Below, piece by piece: positions 31,491-46,430 of a stretch of DNA of 64,000 nt; the stretch's first letter is position 1; every line of letters starts with the position of its first letter. Source of the DNA: Sedimentisphaerales bacterium. Its GTDB lineage: Bacteria > Planctomycetota > Phycisphaerae > Sedimentisphaerales > Anaerobacaceae. The stretch spans positions 4,832,001 through 4,896,000 of the forward strand of contig OY970194.1 in the NCBI GenBank assembly GCA_963708075.1, read 5' to 3'. The position numbers and the translations under genes were made by a program. Below the pieces are notes generated by a model. It was not told the origin of the DNA, searched no databases, and saw only the letters and a program-made list of their open reading frames with translations.

Positions 31491-32474
31491 ATGGCCGGAC
31501 AGTGCTGTGACAATTGCATGTACTCGATCTTCGATCCTGAGGTCTGGCGTCGAGCCTTGTGGATGCGTGAGCCGCTCCTGCCGCGATGCGCCAATCACCC
31601 CTTCTGGCCGGGGCGGTTGCACGACGTTCCCGGCGTCGCCTGCCGCAACTACCGCGCCAAGTCCGTCCCGCCCCAGGGCGACGGCGTCCGCCTGATCCCA
31701 CTCGGCGACGGCTTCTACGCCTACGTCGACGCCGCCGACTACGACTGGCTCAGTCGGTATAACTGGCGTTTGCGGGACGGATACGCCTACCGGCGAGAAG
31801 GGGGCAGAGGGATTCTCATGCATCGCCAGATCGTGCAGGTACCTGAAAGCGTGCCTGTGGACCATATGGACGGCAACAGGGCGAACAACTGCCGGCTTAA
31901 TATACGCCCCTGCACACCCGGGGAGAACCTGCACAATGCACGGAAGCATTGCGACTCGCGGTCTCGCTTCAAAGGAGTCACTCACCACAAGTCTGGCAAG
32001 TGGTGTGCACGATGCCAGCTCGCAGGAACGATGTACTATCTCGGCCTCTTCGACGATGAGGTCGAGGCGGCCCGCGCCTACGACCGCAAAGCGGTCGAAT
32101 TGTTCGGCGAGTTCGCCCGCCTGAATTTCCCCAAAGAATGGCCGCCCGAGCGCCGGGCGGAGGTCTACGCCCAGCGCGACGCTGCCAAGACTGAAGGCAA
32201 GAGGGTGAGAAGGAAAGAAGGTAAGACAGTGAGGGCCGGAAAACCGCGAGCGATGGGGACGAAGGACGAACCCAAGCCAACTCGCAGGAAAACAAAAGGG
32301 CGCAAACGCGAACACTCCACCAAAATCATCAATCGTAAATCATCAATAATCAATCCCAAGGGGCCGCCGGGACGCAGGGATCGCAGACGTACGACGAAGC
32401 GATCACCCCAGAAGGCCCAGAGCAAGGCGCGACTCAGGAGCCGAAAAGGGATAAGGACGGGGCGACAGCGGTAG
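31491..32474 (+). CDS. HNH endonuclease-AP2 domain protein
   Basis: MHRQI...[17 protein letters not shown] (HNH_3) and SRFKGV...[31 protein letters not shown] (AP2). Confidence 0.92.
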   Translation: MAGQCCDNCMYSIFDPEVWRRALWMREPLLPRCANHPFWPGRLHDVPGVACRNYRAKSVPPQGDGVRLIPLGDGFYAYVDAADYDWLSRYNWRLRDGYAYRREGGRGILMHRQIVQVPESVPVDHMDGNRANNCRLNIRPCTPGENLHNARKHCDSRSRFKGVTHHKSGKWCARCQLAGTMYYLGLFDDEVEAARAYDRKAVELFGEFARLNFPKEWPPERRAEVYAQRDAAKTEGKRVRRKEGKTVRAGKPRAMGTKDEPKPTRRKTKGRKREHSTKIINRKSSIINPKGPPGRRDRRRTTKRSPQKAQSKARLRSRKGIRTGRQR

Positions 32475-32485
32475 AGTGGGCTCCG

Positions 32486-32786
32486 CCCTGGTTGTTCTAC
32501 ATATCTCGGGATGGTAGAGCCGCGATTCTGATGAGAAATGCCATGTTTCGGCCGCAAAGCAAGCCCGCAGGGCGAAAGATCATAGCCCAGCGATTGATCG
32601 CTGGGGACAGGGGTCGCACACAAAACGAGTCCCGTCCGGGACGAAAGAACGCTCTCGGCCGGCGCTTTTCTTTCGCCCCTGCGGGGCTTGGTATGATTCC
32701 GGACTCTCGTACCCACCGTTGAAACGGTGGGCTATCATCACCCGTCCCTGCGGGACTATCTTGACACATGTGTAGAACAACCAGGG
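32486..32786. mobile_element. MITE-like element, 301 bp, 16 bp terminal inverted repeats, 5 bp target duplication
   Basis: ccctggttgttctaca (32486-32501) and tgtagaacaaccaggg (32771-32786); ctccg duplicated at 32481-32485 and 32787-32791. Confidence 0.8.
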
Positions 32787-32981
32787 CTCCGCCCACCGCT
32801 CTTCTGAATAAAAGGAATCATGTTGCACGCGGAGACGCAGGGACGCGGAGTCGGAAATACATCTCCAGCCGGTTTCTTTCTCTGCGTCTCAGCGTCTCTG
32901 CGTGAGATGGTTTTTGCTTACGGCCGAAGGCCGCGATGCGTCTTGGGGCCTCTTGCCTCTGGCTTATCACCTATCCCTTGT

Positions 32982-33104
32982 CACCTATCGCTTATGATCG
33001 CTTATCGCGTCCCGCGATTCCCCTTGCCCGAACCCCAACTCCCGGCTAAGCCGAGCGCGACGGCTTTGGAGGCCGAAAAGTGATTTCGAAAGATGCGCCT
33101 GACA
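32982..33104 (+). repeat. Direct repeat, copy 1 (123 bp)
   Basis: cacctatcgcttatgatcgcttatcgc...cttgcccgaaccccaa...ggctaagccgagcgcgacggctttggaggccga...tgatttcgaa...ctgaca; copy 2 is at 33942-34079. Confidence 0.88.
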
Positions 33105-33134
33105 TTTCATGTCCTCCCGCGTTGCCGATTCCCG

Positions 33135-33184
33135 TTGACAGAAGATGCGGTCCGCTGTACCATGTATGTGTATGTATGTGTATG
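33135..33184 (+). promoter_or_regulatory. vapBC promoter with a tandem ATGTATGTGT operator-like repeat
   Basis: TTGACA-17 nt-TACCAT followed by atgtatgtgtatgtatgtgtatg. Confidence 0.65.
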
Positions 33185-33199
33185 CTAAAGGAGGATCCC

Positions 33200-33427
33200 A
33201 TGGCAACCAAGACAATCAGTATCGACACAGAGGCATATGACCGGCTCAAGGCGGTTCAACAAGAGGCCGAGTCGTTCAGCCAGGTCATCAAGCGGGTGGT
33301 TCGAGAGCCGCTGGACGTGAGACGATTCGTCAAGCGGATTGGTGAACAGCCGATCAGCGACGAGGCCGCCGCCGCCATTGAATCGCAGATCAGAAACCGG
33401 CGACAGCCCTCCGGCAGGAGGCGCTAA
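33200..33427 (+). CDS. vapB: VapB-type antitoxin (RHH-like)
   Basis: MATKTISIDTEAYDRLK....ESFSQVIKR; RBS aaggagg; coupled to the PIN gene. Confidence 0.85.
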   Translation: MATKTISIDTEAYDRLKAVQQEAESFSQVIKRVVREPLDVRRFVKRIGEQPISDEAAAAIESQIRNRRQPSGRRR

Positions 33428-33834
33428 TGGCTTGCCTCGATACCACGATCCTGATCGATCTGGCCGGCAGGAACTCTCAGCGGAAACAGCAGGCAACCCG
33501 CAAGATTGAGGAACTGGCCAGAAACGCGCAGACCCTCGCGACGACCCGTTTCAACATCGCCGAGCTCTATGTGGGCGTAGCGCGATCCAGACGACCCGAA
33601 GAGGATGAGAGAGCCGTCGCCACTTTGCTGAGCGAATTCGAGGTTCTGGAGTTCAACGATGCGGCGGCCCGCGTCTTCGGAGCCATTACCGGGTTTCTCC
33701 AGCAGATCGGCCGGCCTGCCGGCGATATGGACGTCCTGATCGCCGCCACGGCCATGACATACGGCCACTCCCTGGTCACCCGCAATCCCCAGCACTTCAG
33801 GCACATCCCCACCCTGATCGTGGAAGACTACTGA
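33427..33834 (+). CDS. vapC: VapC PIN-domain toxin
   Basis: LDTTILID, AELYVG, DVLIAATA and LVTRN..HF. Confidence 0.93.
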   Translation: MACLDTTILIDLAGRNSQRKQQATRKIEELARNAQTLATTRFNIAELYVGVARSRRPEEDERAVATLLSEFEVLEFNDAAARVFGAITGFLQQIGRPAGDMDVLIAATAMTYGHSLVTRNPQHFRHIPTLIVEDY

Positions 33835-33941
33835 GCACGCAGGATGGGCTTCAGCCCATGCGGCAGATTCTTCTCTCCGCGTCTCAGCGGCTCCGCGCGA
33901 GAACATTTTGCCCACAACCGTAGGCCATGACGCAATCTTGG

Positions 33942-34079
33942 CACCTATCGCTTATGATCGCTTATCGCTTCCTGCGATTCCACTTGCCCGAACCCCAAAT
34001 CCCGGCTACAGTACTCTTGGCTAAGCCGAGCGCGACGGCTTTGGAGGCCGAGAAATGATTTCGAAGAATGTAGCTGACA
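33942..34079 (+). repeat. Direct repeat, copy 2 (138 bp, with a 15 bp insertion)
   Basis: Matches 32982-33104 with an extra cagtactcttggcta; ends in aatgtagctgaca, followed by cctttg. Confidence 0.88.
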
Positions 34080-34164
34080 CCTTTGGTTCCACTTGGCATG
34101 GAGTCGGCTGCGGGCCTGTTCATGGTGGACGGACAGCTACGGTGTTCCGCCGAGGGTAAGGCAC

Positions 34165-34983
34165 ATGGCGTGGACTTCAAAACATCTGAAATGGCTCGTT
34201 GATACAGGCAAACGGCTGTCGACGGCCGACGGCAAGCAAGTAGGAGTCTGGGAGTTCCGGCACGAGAAGGATGAGAGTATTCTCTCTGTTTGGGCAAAGC
34301 ATTTTCGGAATCACTACTGCCTTGATTGCGACATTGATGATCTCAGAAGAGGCTACGGATATTCGCGTGCTGAATACTTGACTCAGATCAAGTTTCCCGA
34401 TGCGTCTGCTGCTCCCGGCCCAAGTATTCGCGCTGGGGACTTCGCCGAAATCCTCGTGGCTGATTATCTGGAGTTCATTCTGAAGTATTGGGTTCCTCGG
34501 AGTCGCTATGCTGACAAGACCGTACGCAATGAATCCACCAAAGGATGCGATGTGTTAGGATTCACGATAATCAAGGATGGGGAAGACTCCGCTGACGACA
34601 CGCTTGCCATGTTTGAGGCGAAGGCTCAGTTCTCGGGCAATGGACGCAAAGTACGGCTCCAAGACGCGATAGATGGATCAAGCAAGGACCAGGTGAGAAG
34701 AGGGGAGTCGTTGAACGCAGTCAAGCAGAGACTACGCGACAGGCAGCACCCTGAAGACGCGAAGCGAATAGAGAGGTTCCAGAATCCTGAGGACCGGCCC
34801 TACAGAGAACTGTATGGCGCCGCAGGCTTGTTTTCGACGCCCTTGTTCGACCCTGATTCGGTCGGCTTGACAAGCGCGAATGGCCACCCGAATGCAGAGA
34901 ACCTAATCTTACTTGTGATTCACGGTGACCAAATGATGAACCTTGTCCACGACCTGTACAGGAGAGCAGCGGATGAGGCCTGA
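34165..34983 (+). CDS. hamA: Hachiman antiphage nuclease HamA (DUF1837-like)
   Basis: GDFAEILV...KGCDVLG...FEAK (PD-(D/E)xK-type motifs); overlaps a Ski2-like helicase gene; low GC. Confidence 0.82.
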   Translation: MAWTSKHLKWLVDTGKRLSTADGKQVGVWEFRHEKDESILSVWAKHFRNHYCLDCDIDDLRRGYGYSRAEYLTQIKFPDASAAPGPSIRAGDFAEILVADYLEFILKYWVPRSRYADKTVRNESTKGCDVLGFTIIKDGEDSADDTLAMFEAKAQFSGNGRKVRLQDAIDGSSKDQVRRGESLNAVKQRLRDRQHPEDAKRIERFQNPEDRPYRELYGAAGLFSTPLFDPDSVGLTSANGHPNAENLILLVIHGDQMMNLVHDLYRRAADEA

Positions 34984-37900
34984 AAGAAAGTCACAGGTTC
35001 TTTTGGGCATTACCCGTGCAAAGGCGAAAATGTTCGAGTACGGTGTTCCCGAGGAGCACCACATTCAAATCCCGCGGGACCCGGCCAAGCTGTTCCCTTT
35101 GGCCATAGGTCTATTAGGTGACCTTGCCGCAACAAGTTGTGACGCTGACTCCGCTGAGGATTTCTTGGGCGAGTTGCGTAAGAATCTTCATTTCTCCTCG
35201 CGATTCTTCGATGCCTACCATCAAGCCCAACTGAACGACTCACTTGACCCGTATCTCCTTTTACTGGGAGCTGCGGCGTATTACCTTTGCGACTTGCCGG
35301 GCAGTTCACTTGTTCTGGCGAGACACCTTGGCGAAGGCTGTCCCGACCTGGGTGGGTGGGGATTAGAGCACTTGCTGGTATGGCTGCTTCACGGCGATTG
35401 GTCCACTTATACCGATGAATCAGATGGTCCCTATGGCAAGGACATCGATGCGATTTCACAGGCGATGGTGCGGTTTTTTGCAGGTGGCAGTGAGAGCGAG
35501 AGCCTCTTTAAGAAAGCCATGGGTCTGCGGAAGGCCGTCTACGCCAATGGTACTCCTCGACAACTACTTTTCGCAGATCTCATTTCCGCGGTGGTCAAGA
35601 AACGGTTTGAGAATTCTACATGGTGCTGTCTGCCCGAGTACACGGGGCTTCCTGTACAACTGTGGCAACCGGTTCTCCAGAAGAAGAGCTTCATGCGTGA
35701 ACTGTGGCCCGCGCAACGCCTTCTTGGTAAGCACGGTATCTTCCGGGGAGAATCCGCAGTTGTGCAGATGCCCACAAGTGCGGGAAAGACCAAAGCGACG
35801 CAGATCATCATACGGAGTGCCTTTCTTGCTCATCGCACGTCTCTTGCCGTAGTTGTCGCTCCATTCAGGGCACTATGCCAGGAGATTAGGAACAGCCTCA
35901 TCGAGGTCTTCCGCGATGAACAGATAGGCGTCGATGAGCTCACGGATGTGTTGCAGGCGGACTTTGAAGTGACGGAGCTTCTACAGACAACGTGTGTTCT
36001 CGTAGCGACCCCTGAGAAACTCATCTATGTATTGCGTCATGCTCCGGAACTTGCAGAAAAGATCGGGCTGCTAATCTACGATGAGGGCCACCAATTTGAT
36101 AGGGGGGAGCGGGGGATTACGTATGAGCTTCTCCTCACGTCGCTGAAATCAATGGTTCCTAAAGGGGCCCAGACGATTCTGCTCTCAGCCGTAATAAGCA
36201 ACGCCAAGGCCGTTGGAGACTGGCTCAATGGAAGCGCTTCCCAGGTAGTCTCCGGCACCAGCCTCATCCCGACATATCGGAGCGTTGCCTTTGCGAGTTG
36301 GTTGGACAACCAGGGCCGGAAGTTATCTGTCGGCTGGTTAAGGTTTGGCGATCCGAACCGCAAGGACGATTATGAGTTCTTCGTGCCACGAATCATCGAG
36401 CAGCAACAACTCAAGAGGAGAAAAGAGGGATTTCCCTCAATGAAAGCGGATGATCGAGGCAAAGAGACGTCACTATACCTTGGCCTAAGACTTTCGCACC
36501 GTGGGAGCGTGGCGATCTTCTGTGGTAGAAAGGACACGGCGTCTGGTTTATGCGAGACAGTCTTAGAAGCGTACAACAAGGGCCTCACTATTCCCTGTCC
36601 AAGGACCTACTCATCTGAGGAAGAAATAGGGCGTCTCCATTTTCTCCACGCGTGCAACCTTGGCAATGATGCGACGATGACCCAGTGTGCTGCTCTTGGC
36701 ATCTTTGCTCATCATCGTAATACCCCTCACGGTATTCGCCTTGCGATAGAGCACGCCTTGAAGAAGCGCCAGGCGAGTTTTGTCATCTGCACATCCACTT
36801 TGGCCCAAGGGGTAAATCTTCCGATCCGCTACTTGATTGTGACCAGCGTGTATCAGGGATCAGAGCCGATGATGGTGAGGGATTTCCATAATCTAATTGG
36901 ACGTGCTGGTCGCGCCGGAATACATACTGAGGGGAGTATCCTGTTCGCAGATCCCTCTGTCTACGACAAACGCACGTCCCCCACAGAAAACTGGAGATGG
37001 AAACAAGTCAAGGAAATGCTGGAGCCAAGCAATTCCGAACCGTGCGCGAGCGCACTGTTGTCACTCTTTGAGCCTCTGCACAGTGATGACCGCAAGTACG
37101 AGATCCCGATGGCCCCATTAGATTTCGTTCGTGCGTACATAGAGGGCGCGACAGCAATGGCATCACTCCTCCGAGGAATTGCCTCCCAACATGCAGATAA
37201 GGGTTTCAGCATAGGTGGGCTTGAACAGCAAGTAAGCCACAAAACGGGCATTATATCGTCTATCGAAAGCTACTTGATGTCCAACTGGGAAGAGGTTGAT
37301 TCTGCGGTGCGTGAAGAAGATACCATTGGACTTGCGAAAGGGACGCTCGCTTACTTTTTGGCTGCCAGCGAAGAACTGAGGGCGCAGGTTGTAGAGTTGT
37401 TCCAGCTACTGGGACAGAACATACTGCGTAATGTCCCAGACCCTTCAAAGAGGAGGGTCTACGGCAGGACCCTATACGGGGTCCGGGCCGCAATCGACAT
37501 CGAGAATTGGGTGAATGAGAATATCCGTGAGCTTTCCTCCTCCGACAGCCACGACGATCTCCTTGCGGCTCTATGGTCAATCATGGCAAAGAACATTGAG
37601 AACAACACCTTCAAGAAATGTGATCACCCTGAGGTGCTGAAGGACGTTGCTCTCAGATGGATCAAAGGAAAGTCATTTCACGACTTGCTTGCAATCCTGG
37701 TGGCAGCCGACGCAAAACTGATCTGGGGCCAAAAGCGTCGCGAGTTCAAAACGGACCACATTGTTGACGTTTGTGAGAATGGCTTGGCATATGACGGCAC
37801 TCTTGTGGTTGGCGCCGTGATTGAACTCGTAGCACTACTCTACCCGGAAGATAGCGAAGACCTCATAGCCATGCTACAAGGACTGCAGAAGAGGCTGAAA

Positions 37901-38109
37901 TATGGTCTACCATCCTCTTCGGCGGTGATTCTGTACGAACTGGGTTTTGCTGACCGCGTCGTGTCCATCCATTTGAGTGAGGTTCTTGCGCAGTACCGGC
38001 GCAGAAATGGAGAATTCTGCGTAGAATCAGGAGGCACGAAGCCGAAATGCGGAAGGTGCTGAGCCAGTATCCGTCATACTTCAACGAAAGGTTAGAGGAC
38101 CTGCTGTAG
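34973..38109 (+). CDS. hamB: Hachiman SF2 (Ski2-like) helicase HamB; 1-nt frameshift near 37988
   Basis: PTSAGKT, ATPEK, DEGH, LSA, TSTLAQGVNLP and GRAGRAG. The alternative frame gives a more natural end: ...RKVLSQYPSYFNERLEDLL* at 38109. Confidence 0.85.
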
Positions 38110-38220
38110 CCAAATCCGCGTGGAATTCCGGGGTGGAATTCCGGGGACGCCTTACTTATTTCAGTTTTGTTTTAGTATGGTGTGCCCAGACATGCGATAC
38201 AATCTGACGAGGTAACTATA

Positions 38221-38673
38221 GTGGATGATTCTCAGGAATACGTGACGCCGGAACCTGCACAACTCGATCGTAAGCGTAAATCGCTGCAAGGACGCATTCG
38301 CAAGGACCTCATTACGTTCGTGCAACTTGGCGACCCAAGCCGGAGTTTCGCGAGGTACGAGCGATTGGCGAAGGCGTTCAAGCTTCGGTACAGGACTGAC
38401 GCCGAGCGCCGGTATCTGGACGACATGCTTGGCGATATTTGCCGGCACGAGCACGAGCACGGCCGGGCTATGCTATCGGTTGTTGTGGTCAATGATGAAC
38501 TCAAGCCGCAGCCGGGGTTCTTTGCGTTGGCAAGAGAGCTTGGGAGGCAGAAACCGGGAGAGGGTGACGATGAATTCGTCTCACGGGAGAGGGCGGAACT
38601 CTTCGAATACTGGGGATCTCATAAAGACCCCATACGCAAGGAAAGAAGAGAATCCCGATCCCGGGGGAAATGA
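38221..38673 (+). CDS. Hypothetical soluble protein (possible winged helix) downstream of hamB
   Basis: GTG start with a gagg RBS; pattern YERLA...LGDICRHEHEHGRAMLSVVVV...PGFFALARELG...F...E...W. Confidence 0.7.
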   Translation: MDDSQEYVTPEPAQLDRKRKSLQGRIRKDLITFVQLGDPSRSFARYERLAKAFKLRYRTDAERRYLDDMLGDICRHEHEHGRAMLSVVVVNDELKPQPGFFALARELGRQKPGEGDDEFVSRERAELFEYWGSHKDPIRKERRESRSRGK

Positions 38674-38782
38674 TGCGGTTGCAGAAGGGGGGCGGGGGCC
38701 GAGTCTCAATTATCAACTATTCGCCACTGGAATGGGGTCGGGGGTCCACATTTCACAAACGGTTCCTGGCTTGCTCACAGGC

Positions 38783-38824
38783 ATGGGCAGACCCTCGGCA
38801 AGCCGGCGTTTGCCGCTGCCACCC
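38783..38824. repeat. Half REP-like element, GGGTGGCAGCG family
   Basis: atgggcagacc..ggcaagccggcgtttgccgctgccaccc, similar to 51604-51645. Confidence 0.7.
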
Positions 38825-38904
38825 GGAATTGAGTTCTTGCTGTTTTGACGCCAAATCCCGCGGGCGCAGACAGTCCGAGGGCTGTTTGGCAGGCACAGCC
38901 GGGC

Positions 38905-43872
<4,968 letters not shown>

Positions 43873-44501
43873 GGTTCATCCCTGAGGAGGCAATCGCATC
43901 GACACACCTGCGATTGGGAGCAACAGCAAAGGCGCAGCCGGTTTCACGGCGTCCGGCTGTTATGCAAGCCCGACAACCTTGTCTGCCTGGGTAGTATCAG
44001 AGCGCAGCAACGAACCCGCGCGGGATTCCTTGCGGCCTTAGCCCCCAAACTGACGACTGCCACGGTACCCCGGGCCAACAAATGCCCGGAATGCCACTAA
44101 GCCACCCCAATTCAGATGTAAATGTGGTGATGCCTGCTGTTCCGGCCATGTTGCCAACAAAGGAACACCGGCGCCACTTGCCCCCCAAGAGTCCAATTCG
44201 TGTGCTTATACCAACAGCCAAGGTGATTTGCAACCGCTCGGCCGATAATTCTTTTTCGGCCGGCGGCCGGCTTTGCGACTACATTTCGTGGCGGAACAGC
44301 CCCCATTCGTCATGCTGAACGAAGTGAAGTACTTGGGCAACGAGTGCAATCAACCCTGGACTTCCCAGATAACACGCGCAGCGCCATCTACGTCTTTTGA
44401 GGTGGCAGGCTTGTTGCGGCAAATGGGAGCCGCTGTATGATGGCCGCCACTGGCCCGGCGACGCAGTTGGGTAAGGCTATCCTGGAAATCGAGGTTAAGA
44501 G

Positions 44502-46322
44502 ATGATCCATGCAGCGCGAGTCATTTGTTTCACGTTACTGTCAATGGCGTTTTCTTCTCGCGCTGCGGCGGAGGATTTCACCGATGCCATCCGCGCGTAC
44601 CTGCAACAGCGTGTCGAGGCTGAAAGGCGGGACGTCGGCATCGTGGTCGGTATTGTGGACGAGCATGGCAACCGCACTGTCAGTTGCGGCAAACTGGATA
44701 ACGGCACCGATCAGGAGGTCACCGGCAACACACTGTTCGAGATCGGCTCGATCACGAAGACGTTTACGACGCTGTTGCTGCAAGACATGATTGATCGCGG
44801 CCAGATGAAGCTGGATGATCCCGTGGCAAAATACTTGCCCGAATCGGTCAAGGTGCCGACCCGCAACGGCAAGGAAATCACCTTGCTCCAACTGGCCACG
44901 CACACCTCCGGGCTTCCGAAGATCCCCGACAACCTCGACCCCAAACGTGCCGACAACCCCTATGCTGACTATACCGTCGAGCAAATGTATGCCTTCCTGT
45001 CCGGCTACAAATTGGCTCGCGATCCGGGAACGCAGTGGGAATACTCCAACCTGGGAATGGGATTATTGGGTCAGGCAATCGCGCTGAAAGCTGGAATGAG
45101 CTACGAATCGCTGGTGGTGGACCGGGTGTGTCAGCCATTGAAGATGGACAGCACGGGGATCACGCTGACGCCCGAACTGAAATCCCGCTTCGCCACCGGA
45201 CACAATGAATTCGGCTACGCCGTGTCAGCTTGGGATACTCCGACTTTGTCCGGCGCCGGCGCGTTGCGCTCGACGGCCAATGACATGCTGAAATATGTGT
45301 CGGCCAACCTCGGCCTGACGCCGTCCAGCCTGACACCGCTCATGGAAAAGACGCACGACATTCATTTTGACCAGACGAACGGACCTCACATTGGCTTGGC
45401 CTGGTTTACCACGTCCAGCATGCCAGGAGCAAAAATCATACTGCACGACGGAGGCACGGGCGGTCACCGCGCGTTCGCGGGTTTTGATAAGGCGCAGCGT
45501 CGCGGCGTGGTGATCCTGTCGAATTCGAGCGGTGTCATTGACATTCGCAACCTGGGCTGCTTCCTGCTCACAAGCGAATGGCAATCGAGCCGACGGCCGA
45601 CGGAAACGGCCACAAGCAGCCAACTTCTTGGTTCGTACGTGGGCCAATACCGGCTGAAATCCGATGCAGCGCCGCGCAGGTTCAAGCTCTGGCCATTTTC
45701 CCGCCACAAAGATGGCGCCGCTTCCCAATCCAAGATCGGTATCCGCTGTGAAGGGGATCGGCTCTTCGCCCAAGTCATGGGATCAAGATCATGGCCGGCG
45801 GATGCATTCCTGCCGCCCGGCCATGGTGAATTGCTGGCACAATCGGAGACCCGCTTTTTTGAAAGGCTGAGCGGCACAGCGCTGACGTTTTCTCGAAATG
45901 CCCGGGGCAAGGTGACTGGCTGGACAATCGACTACCAAGGCAAAACGCTTTCTTATGAAAGAACTTCCGATCAGCCGCCGAAAGCTCCCGAACCGGTCAA
46001 GCCGCGTGTCGCCATCAGGCTGGACCCAGAACTTCTCGATGCCGTCGTTGGCGAGTACGAGATTCCGCCGAAAGAGCCGTTTCCTGCTGGAGGCAAAGTC
46101 AGGATCTGGCGAGAAGGAGATCAGTTGGCCGGACAAGTCTGGGGCGAAAATGCCGCCCGGGGCGTTTTCGAGATTTATGCCGAATCGGAAACGAATTTCT
46201 TCCTCAAACTCAATGGTGCGCAATTGACCTTCATCAAGAATGGCAAAGGACAAGTGATGACCGTCATCCACCATTCCTCTCACGCGGGAGTTCCGGACAG
46301 TGTGGGAAAGAAAGTCAAATGA
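44502..46322 (+). CDS. Serine hydrolase (class C beta-lactamase/PBP-like) with C-terminal DUF3471-like repeats
   Basis: FEIGSITK (SxxK), THTSGL, YSN and HDGGTGG; signal peptide. Confidence 0.9.
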   Translation: MIHAARVICFTLLSMAFSSRAAAEDFTDAIRAYLQQRVEAERRDVGIVVGIVDEHGNRTVSCGKLDNGTDQEVTGNTLFEIGSITKTFTTLLLQDMIDRGQMKLDDPVAKYLPESVKVPTRNGKEITLLQLATHTSGLPKIPDNLDPKRADNPYADYTVEQMYAFLSGYKLARDPGTQWEYSNLGMGLLGQAIALKAGMSYESLVVDRVCQPLKMDSTGITLTPELKSRFATGHNEFGYAVSAWDTPTLSGAGALRSTANDMLKYVSANLGLTPSSLTPLMEKTHDIHFDQTNGPHIGLAWFTTSSMPGAKIILHDGGTGGHRAFAGFDKAQRRGVVILSNSSGVIDIRNLGCFLLTSEWQSSRRPTETATSSQLLGSYVGQYRLKSDAAPRRFKLWPFSRHKDGAASQSKIGIRCEGDRLFAQVMGSRSWPADAFLPPGHGELLAQSETRFFERLSGTALTFSRNARGKVTGWTIDYQGKTLSYERTSDQPPKAPEPVKPRVAIRLDPELLDAVVGEYEIPPKEPFPAGGKVRIWREGDQLAGQVWGENAARGVFEIYAESETNFFLKLNGAQLTFIKNGKGQVMTVIHHSSHAGVPDSVGKKVK

Positions 46323-46430
46323 TCGCTCCCATCCGCATCATTTGTCTCGCGATCCCATGATCGGTGTTTTCCCGGCGCACTGCGGCGAGGCATGAGGTTA
46401 GTCATACGCACAGCCGGCCATGGGCGGCCT

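Noticed and set aside
32982..34079. CRISPR array or integron attC sites
   Set aside because: There are only two long copies separated by genes, with no regular spacers, no attC-like ends or hairpin, and no cas or intI gene.
29452..38760. Prophage or ICE
   Set aside because: No integrase, tRNA att site, phage structural genes or conjugation genes.
44502..46322. Bona fide antibiotic-resistance beta-lactamase
   Set aside because: The SxxK/YxN motifs are shared by a broad esterase/peptidase family, and the HDG third motif and extra C-terminal domains do not point to AmpC.
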